From positions 38,242,388-38,306,387 of the forward strand of contig NC_092670.1 of the NCBI RefSeq assembly GCF_964355755.1: a DNA stretch of 64,000 bases, given 5' to 3'. Position 1 is the first letter of the stretch, and each line of letters begins with the position of its first letter. This document shows positions 1 to 15,700 of the stretch, one piece after another. The translations under genes were made by a program, and so were the position numbers. The DNA comes from Antedon mediterranea. Its lineage: Eukaryota > Animalia > Echinodermata. Under the pieces are notes generated by a model. It was not told the origin of the DNA, did not search any database, and saw nothing but the letters and a program-made list of their open reading frames with translations.

Positions 1-216
1 ACCTTTGTTTGGCTTTCATTCAGATTTATTGTATTATTTAAAAACTTATCATTTCCTGTTATTTGGAAAATAGCCATATGTACGCATTTGACAAAATACT
101 AAATTAGGATTTATAAATTGTGGAGGTGTGATTTATTCCTCATTCAATATTTTACGTTGTGACAAATACACTAAACAAATGGGATATAAGAATAAAAACA
201 AAATTAATTTGTTTTA

Positions 217-1584
217 CTAGATGGTACGCTCGCTTCGCTCGCGTACCATCTAGGTCGTGCCCACAGATGGTTCTCGAATAACTGGCGATTTCAAATGTAC
301 GTACCGCAGGACTATAATACATTGTCGTTTACAGAAACGAATAAATAGACACGATGATTTATGTAGTCAACTAAAATTAGCACCCTGGGAATTACTTCCG
401 AAGGAGAAACTTATCACAAAATGAGTCCAAATTTTTGATTTGGACTCATTTAAAGAAACCCAATTTGTGTTTTGTATGGGTTTTTTTATATTAGGGTTGA
501 GGGATGGGAAAGCGGATAGGTACAAAGAGGAACAATTTTTAAATATATTCTTTATCCACTCAGTAACGAAATATTGTTTTCGTGTTTTATAGGCCTATAA
601 ATAATATACCTCTAAATACAGTAAAACATTTGCGATTTAATACTTTGTTAAAACTGTCACTGTCATAATCGATTGAAATATTAAAGTACATGTCACGATA
701 CACCACTACGACGTTTATTTTATTGGTAATTATTAATTAATACAAACGTTGAGAAGGAACTGTCAGTATAAAGTTTATTTGTATATAATAATGTGTTTAT
801 ATATCTAACAGTAGATCCTATCCACAATCTCAGTAATAAAGTTTATCTGTATATATTTTTATATTACACCTAACAGTACTTTACATTACAGTACTTTATA
901 TTACATCTAACAGTACTTTACATCTAACAGTACGAATATTCACAGTAAGAAATGTTCGATTCAAATGAGGACTAAAAATAGTTAATATATATTTATAGTA
1001 TTGCCAACGTATTGCAAGTTTATTCTCAAAGGGCCCATATATTTACCTACCGTATGTGTTAAATCAAGGGCTCATAAATTTACCTACTTGTGTTAAACCA
1101 AACTCTGGCAGACTGAGAGATTGGGATGTTCCATTCATCGCAAATCAATACATTTGTATAATCTTATATTAAATCTATCAAAATAGTATTTTTTAAAGAA
1201 AATCGGCCTGTCTTCAACATTATGATGGTGTACTCTAGCTGTTCAACCGGTTTTCAGCTATTGAAAACAATTATCGTAGGAGGAGATAGGGAAATGCGAA
1301 GTGTCCTCGTATTATTGTGTGCGGGTATTTTTCAAATTGTCATCCATTAGACAGTGTATACTACGATCGGAAAACACCCCTATTTGGGGCAAATCGTTGA
1401 ACCTAAATTCGTTTTAATCGTCAATAACTAATTATCGAACTTAATTTAATCAGTAAACAGGGTTACATCAGGTGGTTAAAATCAGTACCGAAAGTACGAA
1501 CCAACTTTATATACCATCGAGTAAAAATTCTAGAAGTAAGGCGTGATTTACCGAATTTTGCCCTTACGTAAATTTATATATAGA
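217..1584 (-). mobile_element. Non-autonomous Helitron
   Basis: Minus strand starts TCTATATATA after an A and ends CTAG before a T; terminal GC-rich hairpin ctagatggtacgc/gcgtaccatctag (217-253); no TSD and no ORF. Confidence 0.7.
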
Positions 1585-1974
1585 TTAAAAATCAAAATAG
1601 AACTATTAATAGATGAGGTAATTTATTGAACTATTAAACAAATCAATAATATTAAGTATCAATCAAGTGAGTATAAAAGCATAAACAACATGGATGGTTA
1701 ACATAAAAAGGAAAAAGAACTTTTCACATGCGGACCTATACACATGCTTGCTAAAAAACGTACGGACCTATACACATGCTTGCTAAAAAACGTACTGAGT
1801 GGTGAACACAAGTGAGACGTGCAATGTCTAACGATGATTAGCGTTTAAGATGATGACAATAAAAGCATAAAGTCAAAATTCAAATATCAGATATATAATT
1901 TGTTTTCTTCACATTTATTAAATATATATAATTGTATGTTGAATTGAATAATAAGTGTTTCTAAGGTCAAATAA

Positions 1975-3235
1975 AATATTAATATTTTGTTCTGAAATAA
2001 ATATGACAATATATTTCCATCATTATTTAAACGTCCTTCATTTTGAATTTCTAATCTTTTTTAAAAGTTTTTTTTATGGGTTTAATTTCTTCTACTTCTT
2101 TTTTTTTCTGTCAACGGTTATTTTTATTTCAATATGACATGAATACAGAAAACGTTTACATAATAAATAACGGAGTTAAATAAAAAAAAATACAGAATAA
2201 TTTTGATTGATTAATTAAAATAAAAAATTCAAAGATGGAACATGTAAATATTAATATTTTGTTCTGAAATAAATATGACAAATATTTCTGTCATTATTTA
2301 AACATCCTTCATTTAGATTTAAATCTTTTAAAAAGTTTTTTTTTATGGTTTAATTCTTCTTCTACTTCTTCATGTATCTTTGGTTATTTTTAGTTCAATA
2401 TGACATGAATACAGAATATTTTTACATTTCTATGCATTCATGACATCAGACAATGATCATTTTGCTGATATGCATAAAAAGATGTTTACTAGTACTTGAC
2501 TTAAGTGATATAAAGGCTTGCATTCGGATTGGCTAAATCTAGTGACCTACATTTAAGGATGACCCTAAGATTACACAAATCATAATTACTGTAGATAATC
2601 TGCAATTTAACTACCTTATTTCAATTTATTTGAGAATATAAACAACATATTTTTAAAAATGTATAATTTGATTGAATGTGAAATTTAGATATTTCTAAAC
2701 TATTCTATATTCAAACTGTGTACTAACTCATGAGTGAGCATTGCATACATTTTTCTGTCTGCCTTCAAAACAATTTAAAAAATGTCTAAATGTTGATAGA
2801 CAAATTATAGTTATAAAAGACAGAAATCATAAATATATTTATATCTAAATATTTTTTAAGGCATCCTATAATTGGTAATTTTTCGCTGTTGGATTTAGTT
2901 ACAAAAAAAATCATACATTTCTATCATAATGCTATATAAAATAAAGAAAATCTATCTGATTGAAAAGAATTGAAAAAAATCTCGAACTGAGCACTTCTGC
3001 TTAGTATGTAGGCACACTCTACCATTAGACCATTAGTATATTCAAATGCGATTGAATAAAAATATTTTTTAATAATACTGCGTGGTAAAACAGCAAAAAT
3101 TGAAAGAATCAACAGTCCAACTGAGCACTTCTGCTTAGTACAGTATGTAGGCACACTATACCATTAGACCATTGGTATATTTAAATATGATTGGATAAAA
3201 ATATTCTTAGTATCACTGCGTGGTAAAACCGCAAA
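1975..3235. repeat. Local direct duplications (1975-2160 / 2246-2425; 2985-3100 / 3119-3235)
   Basis: Pairs of similar blocks visible by eye; similar local duplications at 1731-1795, 9780-10040, 15270-15530, 35153-35223, 41177-41432, 42160-42450. Confidence 0.8.
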
Positions 3236-3602
3236 GACATTGTAATCATACTTTATAGCTAGGATTGACAATAAGTAATACTTAAATTCCTGCGGGCAGG
3301 TGCGCCAGTTTTAAACGAGAAACATTAATGGTCCTGCTCATGTAATGTCACATTTACTATGAAACACAGTAGAAACCAATTACATTGTTAAAAATGTATG
3401 CATTCATGAATACATTATATAAAAAAAATTCAATGTTTTGCATTTTTTTAATGGCTCTGTAAAATAATGTAAAATAATATAAATAAGTTTGTTGTTCCAA
3501 ATATTGTAGTGTCTATCACATTACAGCAATTATTATATTTTAAAATTTACATTAAAATTAAATTTAAGAGGCGAATAAAGAACATAAAAAGTTAATAATC
3601 AC

Positions 3603-3736
3603 CATATTTGCTCGAAGATGTTCAAAGAAATTCCTTTGAATTATAAATTGAACTGCGGGTGCTTTTAATACAGAATTAGAAGATGCTACAGCCGGCGTTT
3701 GTTCATCGCTGCGACCTGAATCAGTTTGTTGTTGTG
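3603..3736 (-). CDS. HECW2: HECW exon (...[22 protein letters not shown]), start of helical box
   Basis: 134 nt, phase 1-0, tttttag|...|gtgatt. Confidence 0.87.
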
Positions 3737-6700
3737 CTAAAAAGAAACCATAAGTAAAATATTCATACCAGTAGGTCTAGTCTTCACATCTAGCTCATGT
3801 GCACTTTAAAGAACCTATTACGTAATTCGACAAGTAGGGGCTTACCCCGGTGTACTAGCACACACAGCCACTGATCATAACGGGCCCTCTGGCAGACCAG
3901 TCTAGAGGTTACCCAGTATAAATAAATAACAAATTTAAACTAATAACACTATAATTACCAGGAGGAGGAGGTGGTATGCGGGATTCTTCAACAACTGATA
4001 TTGCAGCTCTGCGTTCAGTGCGATCTTGTAATGTTCGTCGGAAACTTTGATATCTGAAACAGTCAAGTAATATAATACAATCACAGATTAGCGCATACAG
4101 GATTATTGATTAACATGACATTACATACTTTATGCAGGGCTGTTAAATTGTTAACATTAATTTAAATAGAACTTCATTTGAAAGACTCGCATTAAGAAAC
4201 AAGGGTTAATTTATGTTTATAAATACGACCAACTCCTATTCAATGGACACATTGTTGGGTCCCAAAGTTGTCCGCTTAATAGGGATTACTATAAATATTT
4301 AAAAAAGAATAACCCTTTATCTTGAATTCCTTGGTTAAACAAATAAATTATATTTAATACAAGTGGAGTATACATAAAGTTATTTCGTAACAAAAACATA
4401 CTTTAAATTAAAAGCCTTAAAGAAAGACTGATGTGATATCAAAACTACTAAAATGATCAATGAGTAATTTACCAACATTTTAAAAATAACTCATCTGACA
4501 ATGTGAAAAATAAGAACATACGTCTACAGATGTAACAACAATTTTCATCATGTAACGGATATAAATCATTAGCCATTACAAGTGGACTAAGACGAATAAC
4601 ATCAATAACATGTATTTATTACTAAATTTAATGAGGGTGGCCTATCAAGTTCCAGTGAAGGAATAAAGGGCCCTCGAAACATAAAATATATAATATTTAT
4701 TACTAAATATTAATTTACCAACAGCTATACTAAACAATCACCACTCCTCCCTCCCCCCTCCCCATTATAGTTATACCTTAACTAGGCTCGCGCTAACCGC
4801 TCGCCAATTCGCCAATGGCGACTGGAGTCTCCATTTGGCGAAAATAATTATTGCCTCGTTCGCCAAATTGGCGAAAATACATTTCCAAGCCTAGGCCTAG
4901 CCTGGTCGGCGTGACTTCTTATGGGAGCGAGAAATCGCCACACTTCGGTACTTTCTGACTCGGGTACACTTTTTACCACAACAGCATTTTATGTGACGAC
5001 GTCACGATCGCCGTGTTCATTTTTTTAGTTCTGTTTAAACATGCGCAGAGCGTGCCTCGATGACAGTTAATGTGATTGGTTCGTGGCCGGTCGTCGTCGA
5101 CGTGATGATGAGCGAATAAAAGGGGAAGTCCCTATTCTTCGACGTAGAAAATGAACTTCGAGAAGAAAATGTAAACAGAAACATGTGGACGAATACTTCC
5201 GTAAACGAGGCTGTTCTGTTATTTAAAAAGGGGAATTTTAAATTTAACAAAGTAATTACCTCAATAGTATAATGTTAACATGTTTAATTTTATTTCCCTT
5301 TCGATTATTCTAACCGAAAGTTGCGCTTAATAGCTAAGAAACAACGTATACTACAACGGCAACCCTGGCCAAAGCGCGTTTCGGCCGCCTACATAGAATG
5401 GGTTACGGCCGCTGCATAGCAAATTCAAAGCTTCTTAAATTTCTGTGGTACATTTCTTCCTAACGTACTTGTTTTATATAATTGATTGATAAATATTCCA
5501 CTTATTAAATAATTTAATAAATCGGTAAAATTGACGTTTCGAAGCAAGTATTCCATGATGAGAGGCGACATTTTTCGACATGCCTCGTGTGCGGCGAATA
5601 CTAGTTCAGAAAATGGAACAGTCCACTGTGCGGGGGTTATCCAATCATTAATTAACGCGCTAATACCTAGGCGACGGTAATTTAGTAATAAGCGGAGAAC
5701 TGAATCCCCCGTAAGGAAAATGGTAAACACTGATATTTATGGTAGGGATTATTTTTTTCAGTGGTTGGTCTTGTTGGCTTCTTCGCACCAGGTCCACGCA
5801 AAGTCAAATAAAACGATGTGGTTTATCAAACAGAAATATAAATTAGCTTTAATTCATTACTAAATTAGCCAGATTTTGATAATGAGAAAGGCTAAAAAAT
5901 TGTTATTGTTAAAATTGACATATGAGGCGGATGTACATAATAATAATAACCGATTTACATATCAAAATAAAGAGTATTTAAAGCCTGATAACATGCAACA
6001 AAAATTACTCCACCACCTATTATGGACCTCGTGCGATCGGGTGCGAAAATGGGTAGGTGTTTTCCAAAGTTATTTTTAGCGCGCAGATTTCGGCTCGCCG
6101 GCTTTTGTACCTCATTTTTAACTCGTGTTTTCTATTAAAATATTTAATAAACATAGATTAAAAATATATAAAAATAATCCCTTAAACAAGATCTTTCCAG
6201 GCATATAATTTTTATTCTCATGGGTTCATAAGAAATAGTATATTTTTAACTTCAAAGACACGTCACTTTTTGAAATTTCACGAACGTGTTAAAATCGCGG
6301 TAACGAAAATCAGCTTCATTGGGATAAATAATAATAATATAAATGTAAAAGAAGTAAAATAACAAACAAATACATGCATTATTTATTTAATAAACATTTT
6401 TGCGAATTTTTATGGTTTTTTAAATTTGGCTAAAGGATTTTCAATTTGGCTAATGTTTTTCAAAACCTTTCGCCATTTTGGCGAACGAAAATTTGACCTT
6501 AGCGCGAGCGTAGCTTAAATATTCAATGTTTTTTTCTTTTCTCCCATTAACTGGAGATATCTTTACAGGTCAAAGTTCACCATTTAAAATAAACCTACCT
6601 TCTCTCAAGTTGTTGTCTACTTTGGTGTGAATCAGTGGACTCTTGCTGTTTTCTGCTTTCTTTATTTAAGGTCGGTTTTGACCACGTTGTCGTTCGGTTT

Positions 6701-9700
6701 ACATGGTCAATATAAAATACACGATTGTACTGGTCAATCCTAGCTTCCCAATCTAGAAAAACAAGTAGAAGTAAAATGAAGATAATGACCAAAATGTTTA
6801 ATGTCCAGACTAGACTGATGTCAAGACTAGATTGGACATTGAGGAGGATTTCAGCCGGCCCCCTCTAAATTTCAGAAATTGTAATGCAAAAGATAGGACA
6901 TCAAATTTAAGTTCAGAATTTCATTTCACTATTTTTAAAGCATGCCCCACTCCCCTCCCTCTATTTCTAAATCCTTTATCCGCCACTTTTTGGAAGATAC
7001 TTTAAACATGACACAGGATTCTCTATTTTCTCAATTTAACTAGATTAGATCACTCATTTCACCATCTACAAAGAAGTTGAGATTTAGCCTGAAGGCAAGA
7101 GGCAGCAGTTAAATATACTACATTATTGAAACAGTTTCCGAAATTACATAAAACAGGTATTAACATTACCGTGATTAACGACCATATTGTAATGGAAATC
7201 GGCTAGCTAATGACAATATTATGCAATCTTATATATTATTATATCTTAATATAATCTTACATTTTGAAGGCTAAACAATGATTTAGTTTCATAAAAGAAG
7301 ACATGTTTTTAAAAGGAAGAGAACCTTAATATTTCAACAACAAAAAAAGGGAGAACATTTTATTTCTGTAAAAGGTGGAAAACTTTATTTCTGAAAAAAA
7401 AGGGGGGGGGGGTGACACTTTATTTCTGAAAAAAAAGGGGGGGGGGCAACTTTATTTCGGAAAAAGGTGGGGAACACTTTATTTCTGAAAAAAGAAGGAA
7501 CACTTTTTTTAAAATGGGATAATTTATTCTGAAAATTTAACATTTTCTAACAGTTTTTTTCAGTTGGTAAATGTAAATAATGATGTACAGTACTATTCAG
7601 TGGGAAAAAATATGTCAAAAATGACAAATTAAATTATTTATCACTTAATGTTATAATGAATCTCAGAAAATAGTCAGATAAATTTGTTTGATGAATATGT
7701 CATTTTAATGTAACGTAATAGTTTCAAATCAACTTTGACCAAAACCTGGTTCGAAAAAAAAGAAGATTTACCTGAAAAAATGTAATTTAAAGCAAAAATA
7801 CTGAAATTGTCTGTCTAAGTAAGGAGTCTGTGTATGTTAAACAGAATGAATTGTAATGAATTGTAAGAGATACTTTAAGATTGATAGTCACATGCCAATT
7901 GCACTGTCTAATAAGGTCAGGATGATAATTAATTACTAGCTGCTTTATTATGGTATTTGCTCATGGCATCCCAGGTAAGTACAAATTAGAGCTAGATGTA
8001 AAGCACACACATTTGAATCAAAAAATGTCTCACCATGCTTAAATGAAAAAAAATGTATTTATTATTATTTATTTATAGCACTAGATCTCCAAAAGCACCC
8101 ACAATGCTCTCCCAAATCAAAGAAAACGGAAAAAGAAGATTAAATGGAGTTGAACATGTGTTTTGAGCCGTGATTTAAATGTTGCCATTTCTATCAAGTA
8201 TTATAAATATCATCACACAATATTTTTTTTCTACAATTGTCGTCTCTAAATAAACAAGAAATATTTCTTACAAAAAACACTGCGACTTGTTGACGTAACA
8301 GCTTAATTATTGATCTTTCTTCAGAAATAATGATTTATTATCAATTATTATCAATTATTATCAATTATCAATTATTATCAATTATTATCAATTATTATCA
8401 ATTATCAATTATTATCAATTATCAATTATTTTTGTATAACAATCAGTAGTAAACATTTTGTGTAACGCAAAAAATAGTCTGTCCAACTCTTGACATACAG
8501 TACTGTAATACAGATTATCATAGTATTAACTTTTGTACAAGGCGCTTTTGAATTCCTACTGTGTTTATTATCAACTCTTGTATTGTAAGGTAAATCCGTA
8601 ACAACCTACCTAGCGGCATTCTTCAAATAAATTCAACTTAAATCCAACTTATTATAACAAATAATATTTCCAACTTAGCAAGCAGTCCCGAGGAGAATAA
8701 TATTTGTAAAAGTCTACTATTATATTGTATGTGTAAGTGTAAGTTGTACACACCTATTGAGAAACACAAAGATGTTGAAATTGTGAGAAAAATCTGTAAT
8801 GATTAGGAATGCTAAGCTGTTTCAACCAATCACAACTTCCCAATTAGTCTGCCGTTAACATTTCATCCAATGAAATGGAGTAATTACAACAGCTTTTAAT
8901 AAAAAAAAAAAGAAATGACCTATGGGTCGTTGACAGCCGAGTAAATTCAATATACTAAGTGTTCTGACTCTTAAAGTATAAGAGAATTTTTGATAAATTC
9001 AGTATAAACAGTGAAATAGAAAACTCCCCACACAATTAAATCATCAACTAAAACAAGATGAACTAAAATAAAGAAATGGAAAACATATTGAGAATTTTTT
9101 CTTCTTTTAAGACATTTATGATTTATTATGATTATTATATCTTTTTTTTAATAAAACTGTACACAAATATTTCAGAAATTAATTTGACATATGAAGATAA
9201 TATATTTGTTGATTTTTAATATTTTTAATAGAATACGGAGAAAATAATTTTTTTTGTCTTTTTTTTATTACAAAAATGTACACATATATTTCTGAAATTA
9301 ATTTGACATGTAGATATTATTTTTTTTAATTTTTAATATTTCATTTAGAAATAAGAAGAAAACATTTTACATTTAATTTGAGGAATTTTTAGTTGAAAAA
9401 AGCGGCTTTATAAATTTAAAAAAAAAGCAAGGTGCATTCCTCATTTAGTCTGTGAAAAAGTCATGTCCAACTACAGGAAATCCCTACTGAAGGGTCTTTA
9501 ATTGAAGAAGCCTTTACGATAGAAATACTAGAAAAAGGAATCTAATAGTAAAAAGTATTAATAGTAACTTTTGGTAAAATGGATTACTGTATATGTATGA
9601 TGAATTGCAGTTGACCACAATCCAACTATAAATAGTATAGTCCACACATCTGATTAATTTCAAGACTTTTTCTGTCAAATTGTCCATGTTAGAGTAATTC

Positions 9701-12700
9701 AAATTTAAATACGAGTTATATGAATAAAATTGAAGTGATGATAGATATCAAACCACAAAAGCAATATAATTCTTTATAATTAAATAGAAAAATAGCATGA
9801 TAGTTATGCACATTTAAAAAATGTGTATTGTTAGATTATGATAAAAACTTAAATTTGTTATGTATCAAACAATTAAAAATAATATATTTTATTTATTTTA
9901 AAAAACAAAATTAGACTATTTAGATTTATAATAAAATAGAAAATAGCATATAATTATGCACTTTTGAAAAATGTTTATTTTTAGATTATGATAAAAAACT
10001 GAAATTTGTTATGTATCAAACAATTAAAAATAATACATTTACTTAATTTTTTTTTATTTAGATTATTTAGAATATTGCTAATATCAAAAAACATTATAAA
10101 AAAAAGTAGACTAAGTAAAAATCAATCAGCTCTAGCAGGTCTTAATTTTAAAAAAAACCACCAAACTTACAGTACACAAAATAAAATAATAAAAAAATAA
10201 TTGAATAAAATAAAACAAAAATAAAATAACAAATGAAAAAATAATAAATCAGTGTATTGTTTATTTACAGTAGTTCCAAATAAAATTGTAAAAAATATAT
10301 TTTTAAAAACTTACGTGACTTTGAAAATCTGCTAAGGGAACAGGAACACTTATAAGATATAGTAACAGACGCTCTATTATGATCCATGGTAACAAAATGG
10401 ATTCAGAGAAACTGATTTCTAAGTAACCAGGATCTCAATCCTACTATTCAAAAAGATGATTATAACCAAGTCCAGTGTCAACAATATAAGACAGGAGTAT
10501 CAAAGTATTTTCCATATATCACGCTTACTCCTCTGATTGCAATCAGCGTAATAGCCCCTTCTCAGATTGTTTCGTCGTATTATATAACACGCCCTCTAAA
10601 TATATTTCCTCGGACACTACACCCTGCGTCATGGTAGTATATTGTCACTTCCCTTTGCAAGCGCCAAACTATCACAAATAAATTTATGAAAGTTTGTTTG
10701 ATGAAAGTCCTGTCAATTGATGACTCACACTTTGTTTACTACAACAATTTACAAATTATTAACCGGCCGGAAAACATAAAAACACAATATTAAATCATCC
10801 GAGAGGTTTAGTACCAAAAAAACAAACACACAGCACAGTAATTAAACACCATCAATAAATATACTCCTTAAATCCTAAATTTAAATATTATAATGAAATA
10901 TTTAAACAACAGTATTTATAATAAGTTAATGAAACAATGTAGTGCAATAGAACCTGCTTAATGAGAGAAGAGACAGAAGATGATTCTAGTTTAAAGGAAG
11001 TGTTTGTACTTTAAGTTCCTTCCTACTCCTATTAATACTTACAATGCTAATTACATTTGAGGAAATTGAATTTGTTATTGAAGATAAAATGACAATTAGA
11101 AAAAGACTTAATAATCTTAGAAAAGAGCGGGAAAACAACAAAGGAATTACAAAGTTTATAGAGTATAATTTCAACTATACTCCAATAAAAAGGAAAAAAG
11201 ATAACAAATCCTAGAGAACAACATAAACAGCTCCCATAGATGTCTAGGAATGGATTCACTACACAAATAAAAATCTGTCCCAATAAAACCTAAATGCATT
11301 CAAAACAGACTACTGTACAGTAATATTTACTGTAAATGTAAAAGGTTATAATGGACATACATATTAAAATATTACTATCAGTAAAAATAAGAGATTTACA
11401 ATATTTTATAGCCAGATTACCTTTGGCATTTTAAGTGTTTTTATGAGGTTGTTTTTACTCTGGTAATTGACAACTCTAGACTAGTACATACACATTTATT
11501 GCATTTTGTATGTTTAAATGTTTATTTATTTAATGTATTTAATATAGTAGTAGACTACTAAAGTATTTTCAATGAATAACTTAAAAATATTTAAAAATAC
11601 ACTTTTACAATTATAGAAAGAAAATTAAAATATTGCAATATTTTCATTTTTCACTGTCAGTGTCAATGTAAATCTCATTACTTTAATAACAAAAAAACAA
11701 ACAAAAAAACAATCAAAGATGAGATGATGAACTTTTTTGATGCAGGGCTGAAATAAACACGAGGGCGGCCAACGAGAATCATGTCATCTATTTTCCATGG
11801 TCTAGGTAGGGCTACAGAAAATAGAACTAAAGTTGGTGATTATCAAAAACATTACTAACCTATGTCAAACTGAGCTAATTAACAAATTACACAAGCTATT
11901 TGACTGACTAAAGCTCTGTTTACACTATCAAACTAAACTTGATGTTACAAATAAATGTGATGGGCCCATATATGGACATGATGTCATATAACTACCATAT
12001 TTGGGCATACTGTATCACTAACATATTATTTTGGAACATCGCACTTTCTTTTGTCAAATTAGTTTGATAGCGTAGACAGAACTCAACTCCATCGACCAAA
12101 AATTAGTCTACAATATATTGCACACATTTTCTCTTTATATTATACTTTTACGGTTTAATAAAAATAAAACATTATACTGCACAGATATTAGGAAAATTAT
12201 TATTTCTCTTTTAGTGCAGTACCCAAGAAAGTAGGATGATTTTCCTCCAATAACATATCTCTTTATCCACTAAATCAACATTGAAATTATTTTAAGCATC
12301 CTTAGCCCATGAACTAATTAAAATATATTTATCATAAAACAAGGTTAATTAATGTGGAATCCTTGGTTGTAATTAAAAATTTTAATTAAAAGGACAACTT
12401 TATAAGATAAACATCCCAATAAAATGACAAAATTCAATATCTAATTAATGCGAGTACCGGTAATTTTTTTAAACATTTACAAAACAAGACAAAATACAAC
12501 AAATGTTGCTGCTTACTGGACAATTTTTGTTTTAACTATCAATTGAATTTAAGTTATTATAATTTTTTTTTAATTTTTTTGTTTAATATGCCATTTTAAT
12601 AATAATAATAATTCATTCTTATATAGCGCTCTACAAACAAGCTTCTTTAAGCGCTAAATATTATTACCCAGTCATTTTTTGAATCAAACATGTATTGAAA

Positions 12701-15700
12701 CATACTCCCATAATGCAGCTAGTAATCAGCGCAAAGTTGTGTCTTGATCTAACCGGGTACCCATTTATACACCTGTAATAGTTATCCACTTTAACCAAAA
12801 ATTGAATCGAAAAAAAAAGGTATTTACCTAAAAAAAACTACAATTTAGAGCAAAAATCGTCAAATTAGCTGCCAGCCAATGGGTTTTTGGTTGGATTTGA
12901 CCATTTATTTTGTCATTTTATATAAGAAAACATTAATTTTTTTTACGGAAGGGATTAACTTTATTAAAACTACAAAAAAAAACCTATTCAAAATCTGATT
13001 TAATTAATCCTCATTTTACATGTTTTTGGGGGGACAATACATATTTAAGGTTAGGCCTAAAATGCTCCAGAAGATAGTTGTACTGTAGGTCAACCAAAAC
13101 CAAAATATGGTAGTGGTATGTTTAAATATGGTAGTGATATGACATCATCATGTCCATATATGGGCACATCACATATTTTTGTCACATAAAGTTTAATAGT
13201 GCAGACAGAACTCTACTATAGGTCTACTATCTACTATTATACAATATTAGGAAAACCAAGGTTTTGGCATATCTTTTTTGTACAGTACTATACATACAAA
13301 TTTCATATGTACGTGCGCTACTGTGCTGATAATGAGAAGAGAGCGATATATAATTATAAATGAAGAGTCAGCCTTGAACTTAATGTTTTTAATTAAATTT
13401 AAATAAACGAAGATGAGTAAGAATGATAGTAGTAGATTTAGTTGCCACATGATTCAAATGATCTTTGCAATTCTCAAGGTCATGTGCATGTCACTTTCCG
13501 ACTCTGAAATATACCGGAATCATAGATACCGTTCGATAATATATAAGGGGGACAATAATTCATGGCCAAATATTAATTATGACTATTTTTTCTTGCTGTT
13601 ATGATGGGAAAAGGCAACTGTATTTCAAGAGGGGTGGCTTATTTTTAGCATACTCGCAGCTATCTGTCAGTTAGGTAATATATAATAGGTCTACTAATTA
13701 CAAGAGGCAGTTAGTAGTAACTGAAAGAATTATTACAGCCAGCAATTATACTTGTCATTATTTATGTGCAATGATATCTTAGTTTGAACTTTGCATTATT
13801 TGGTACTATGAAGCTCTGTCTACACTATCAAACAAATAAAGTGTGCCCAAATATGGTAGTGATATTCCCAAATATGGTAGTGATATGACATCATCATGTT
13901 CATATATGGGCACATCACATGTTATCACATAGAGTTTGATAGTTTAGACAAAGCTTTAGATATTGGTGCAGCAGTAGATATAGGCTACAGAAGGTTTAGT
14001 AACAAAACGTTAAGCCTTGTCTACACTTATTAAACTTTACCGGTATGTGCCAAAAAAATGTGTGATGTGCCTATATATGGACCATATTTGGGAATATCAC
14101 TACCATATTTGGTAATATCACTACCATATTTGGGCACATCACACTTTTTTGTCAAACTAGTTTGGATAGTGTAAACAGAGCTTAAGAGTGGTCCTATGTT
14201 AACTACAACTTGCATCATTGAATCATTTGGGCGGGAAACCTTGTAGAAGTACTTTTGTTTTATTTAGTTAATTAATTAAATAGGAAATTTAGTAATTAGT
14301 TATAATTAGCCAATGCCATTAGATGTGATAGCAGCCTTCCTTCTAATAATTACACATTTCTTTGGTTTCCTTTATTAAGAGAAGTATTTAATTTCATAAA
14401 AAAAGGTAAACATTTTATATTAGTTTGAACTACTGTGTGGTGCTTGCGGTAACAGCATTTATAAATGCTTATTTCTGGAATTGGTAGACACAATGTAAAA
14501 CGTGTCACCAACTCTGTGTCGGTTACTCACCCTAGCATGTTCCATGTGTACCGCGTTAGGTATATTCTACAACATTTCAGCAGGTCCTTAAAGACCCCTT
14601 CCCTGCAATTTTGGACGTTTTTTGGAAAATAATACATATATATCACTTTAAAAACATTAAACCATGTCATTCCTTGTCTTAAATGTACGTTTTATGGTAA
14701 ATTATGATAAAAAGTGAGAAACAATGCACTACCTAAGTAGCTCGCGGCGATCGACCTCTCGTGGACGGTCGTGGCCTAGCCTAGCTAGGCTTAGTTTTGT
14801 AGGCCTAGCTGGTAAACATCGGTAACGTACGAACATCGTACGCTAGCTTTATACCTAGCCTGAAGTTGTATAGTTGCTGCATTAATTGTCTTTCTATTTT
14901 TGCCAGACTTCGTTGATACAAATTGGGGAAAACCCGGTATTTTCGCTGAAAAGTTAGGAGTCTTCCATTTGTTTTGGCCTCACGATCGATCGAAAAGTGG
15001 GTGAATTACAGGTGAAAAACAAAAATATCAATCCGCGCGCAATGCATTTTGGGATTTATAGCGGGCCGCTATAATTATTAGAATCGACTTATTTTTCACA
15101 TTTTTAACCGTTTAAAGACGAAAAAAGTTATCGCAATATGACCATATAGTATTATTTTTACATTAAATATAGTTTGTGATCTTAAATTAGATCTAAAAAA
15201 CGTAGGGAAGGGGGCTTTAAGATATGGTTCAATATTCCTCTCTTAAGAAGATATCATGAAGAGTTTTTAAACGAACGAGAGCTGACCCTCTAGTTTATTC
15301 AATTTGTTTAAAGAGCTTTACTTTCTTTTAAAAAAATGACTTTTTAAGCTAGTAACAAAATAAACAATCGTCTTCTGTTTCTCTCTATGTATCCTAGTAA
15401 AATCTGCTAGAATACTAAACTACGAACATGAGTTCAACCTCTAGTTTATTACATTTTTTAAAGAGCTTTATTTCTTTTTAAAAAATGACTTTTTTTTATC
15501 CTAGTAAAATCTGCTAGAATACTAAACTAAAAAATGTACAAAAAAGAATACATTTTTCCACTAGCAATAGCATATCTACCTTCTGAGAGTCGATTATTAT
15601 TATTAGCATGGGTTAACCGTTTTATTTCTTGCAATGTACCAGCCATAAACAAAATGACACACAGGAGACAAATTAGGTAATGTGACAGTTGTATATAATG

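Noticed and set aside
7355-7510. G-runs as a regulatory quadruplex
   Set aside because: Part of a degenerate intronic A/G-run tandem repeat with long spacing
10490-10780. Possible interspersed repeat or exon (similar GC patches at 23210-23450 and 33250-33375)
   Set aside because: No clear termini, TSD, second copy or in-phase splice sites that I can support
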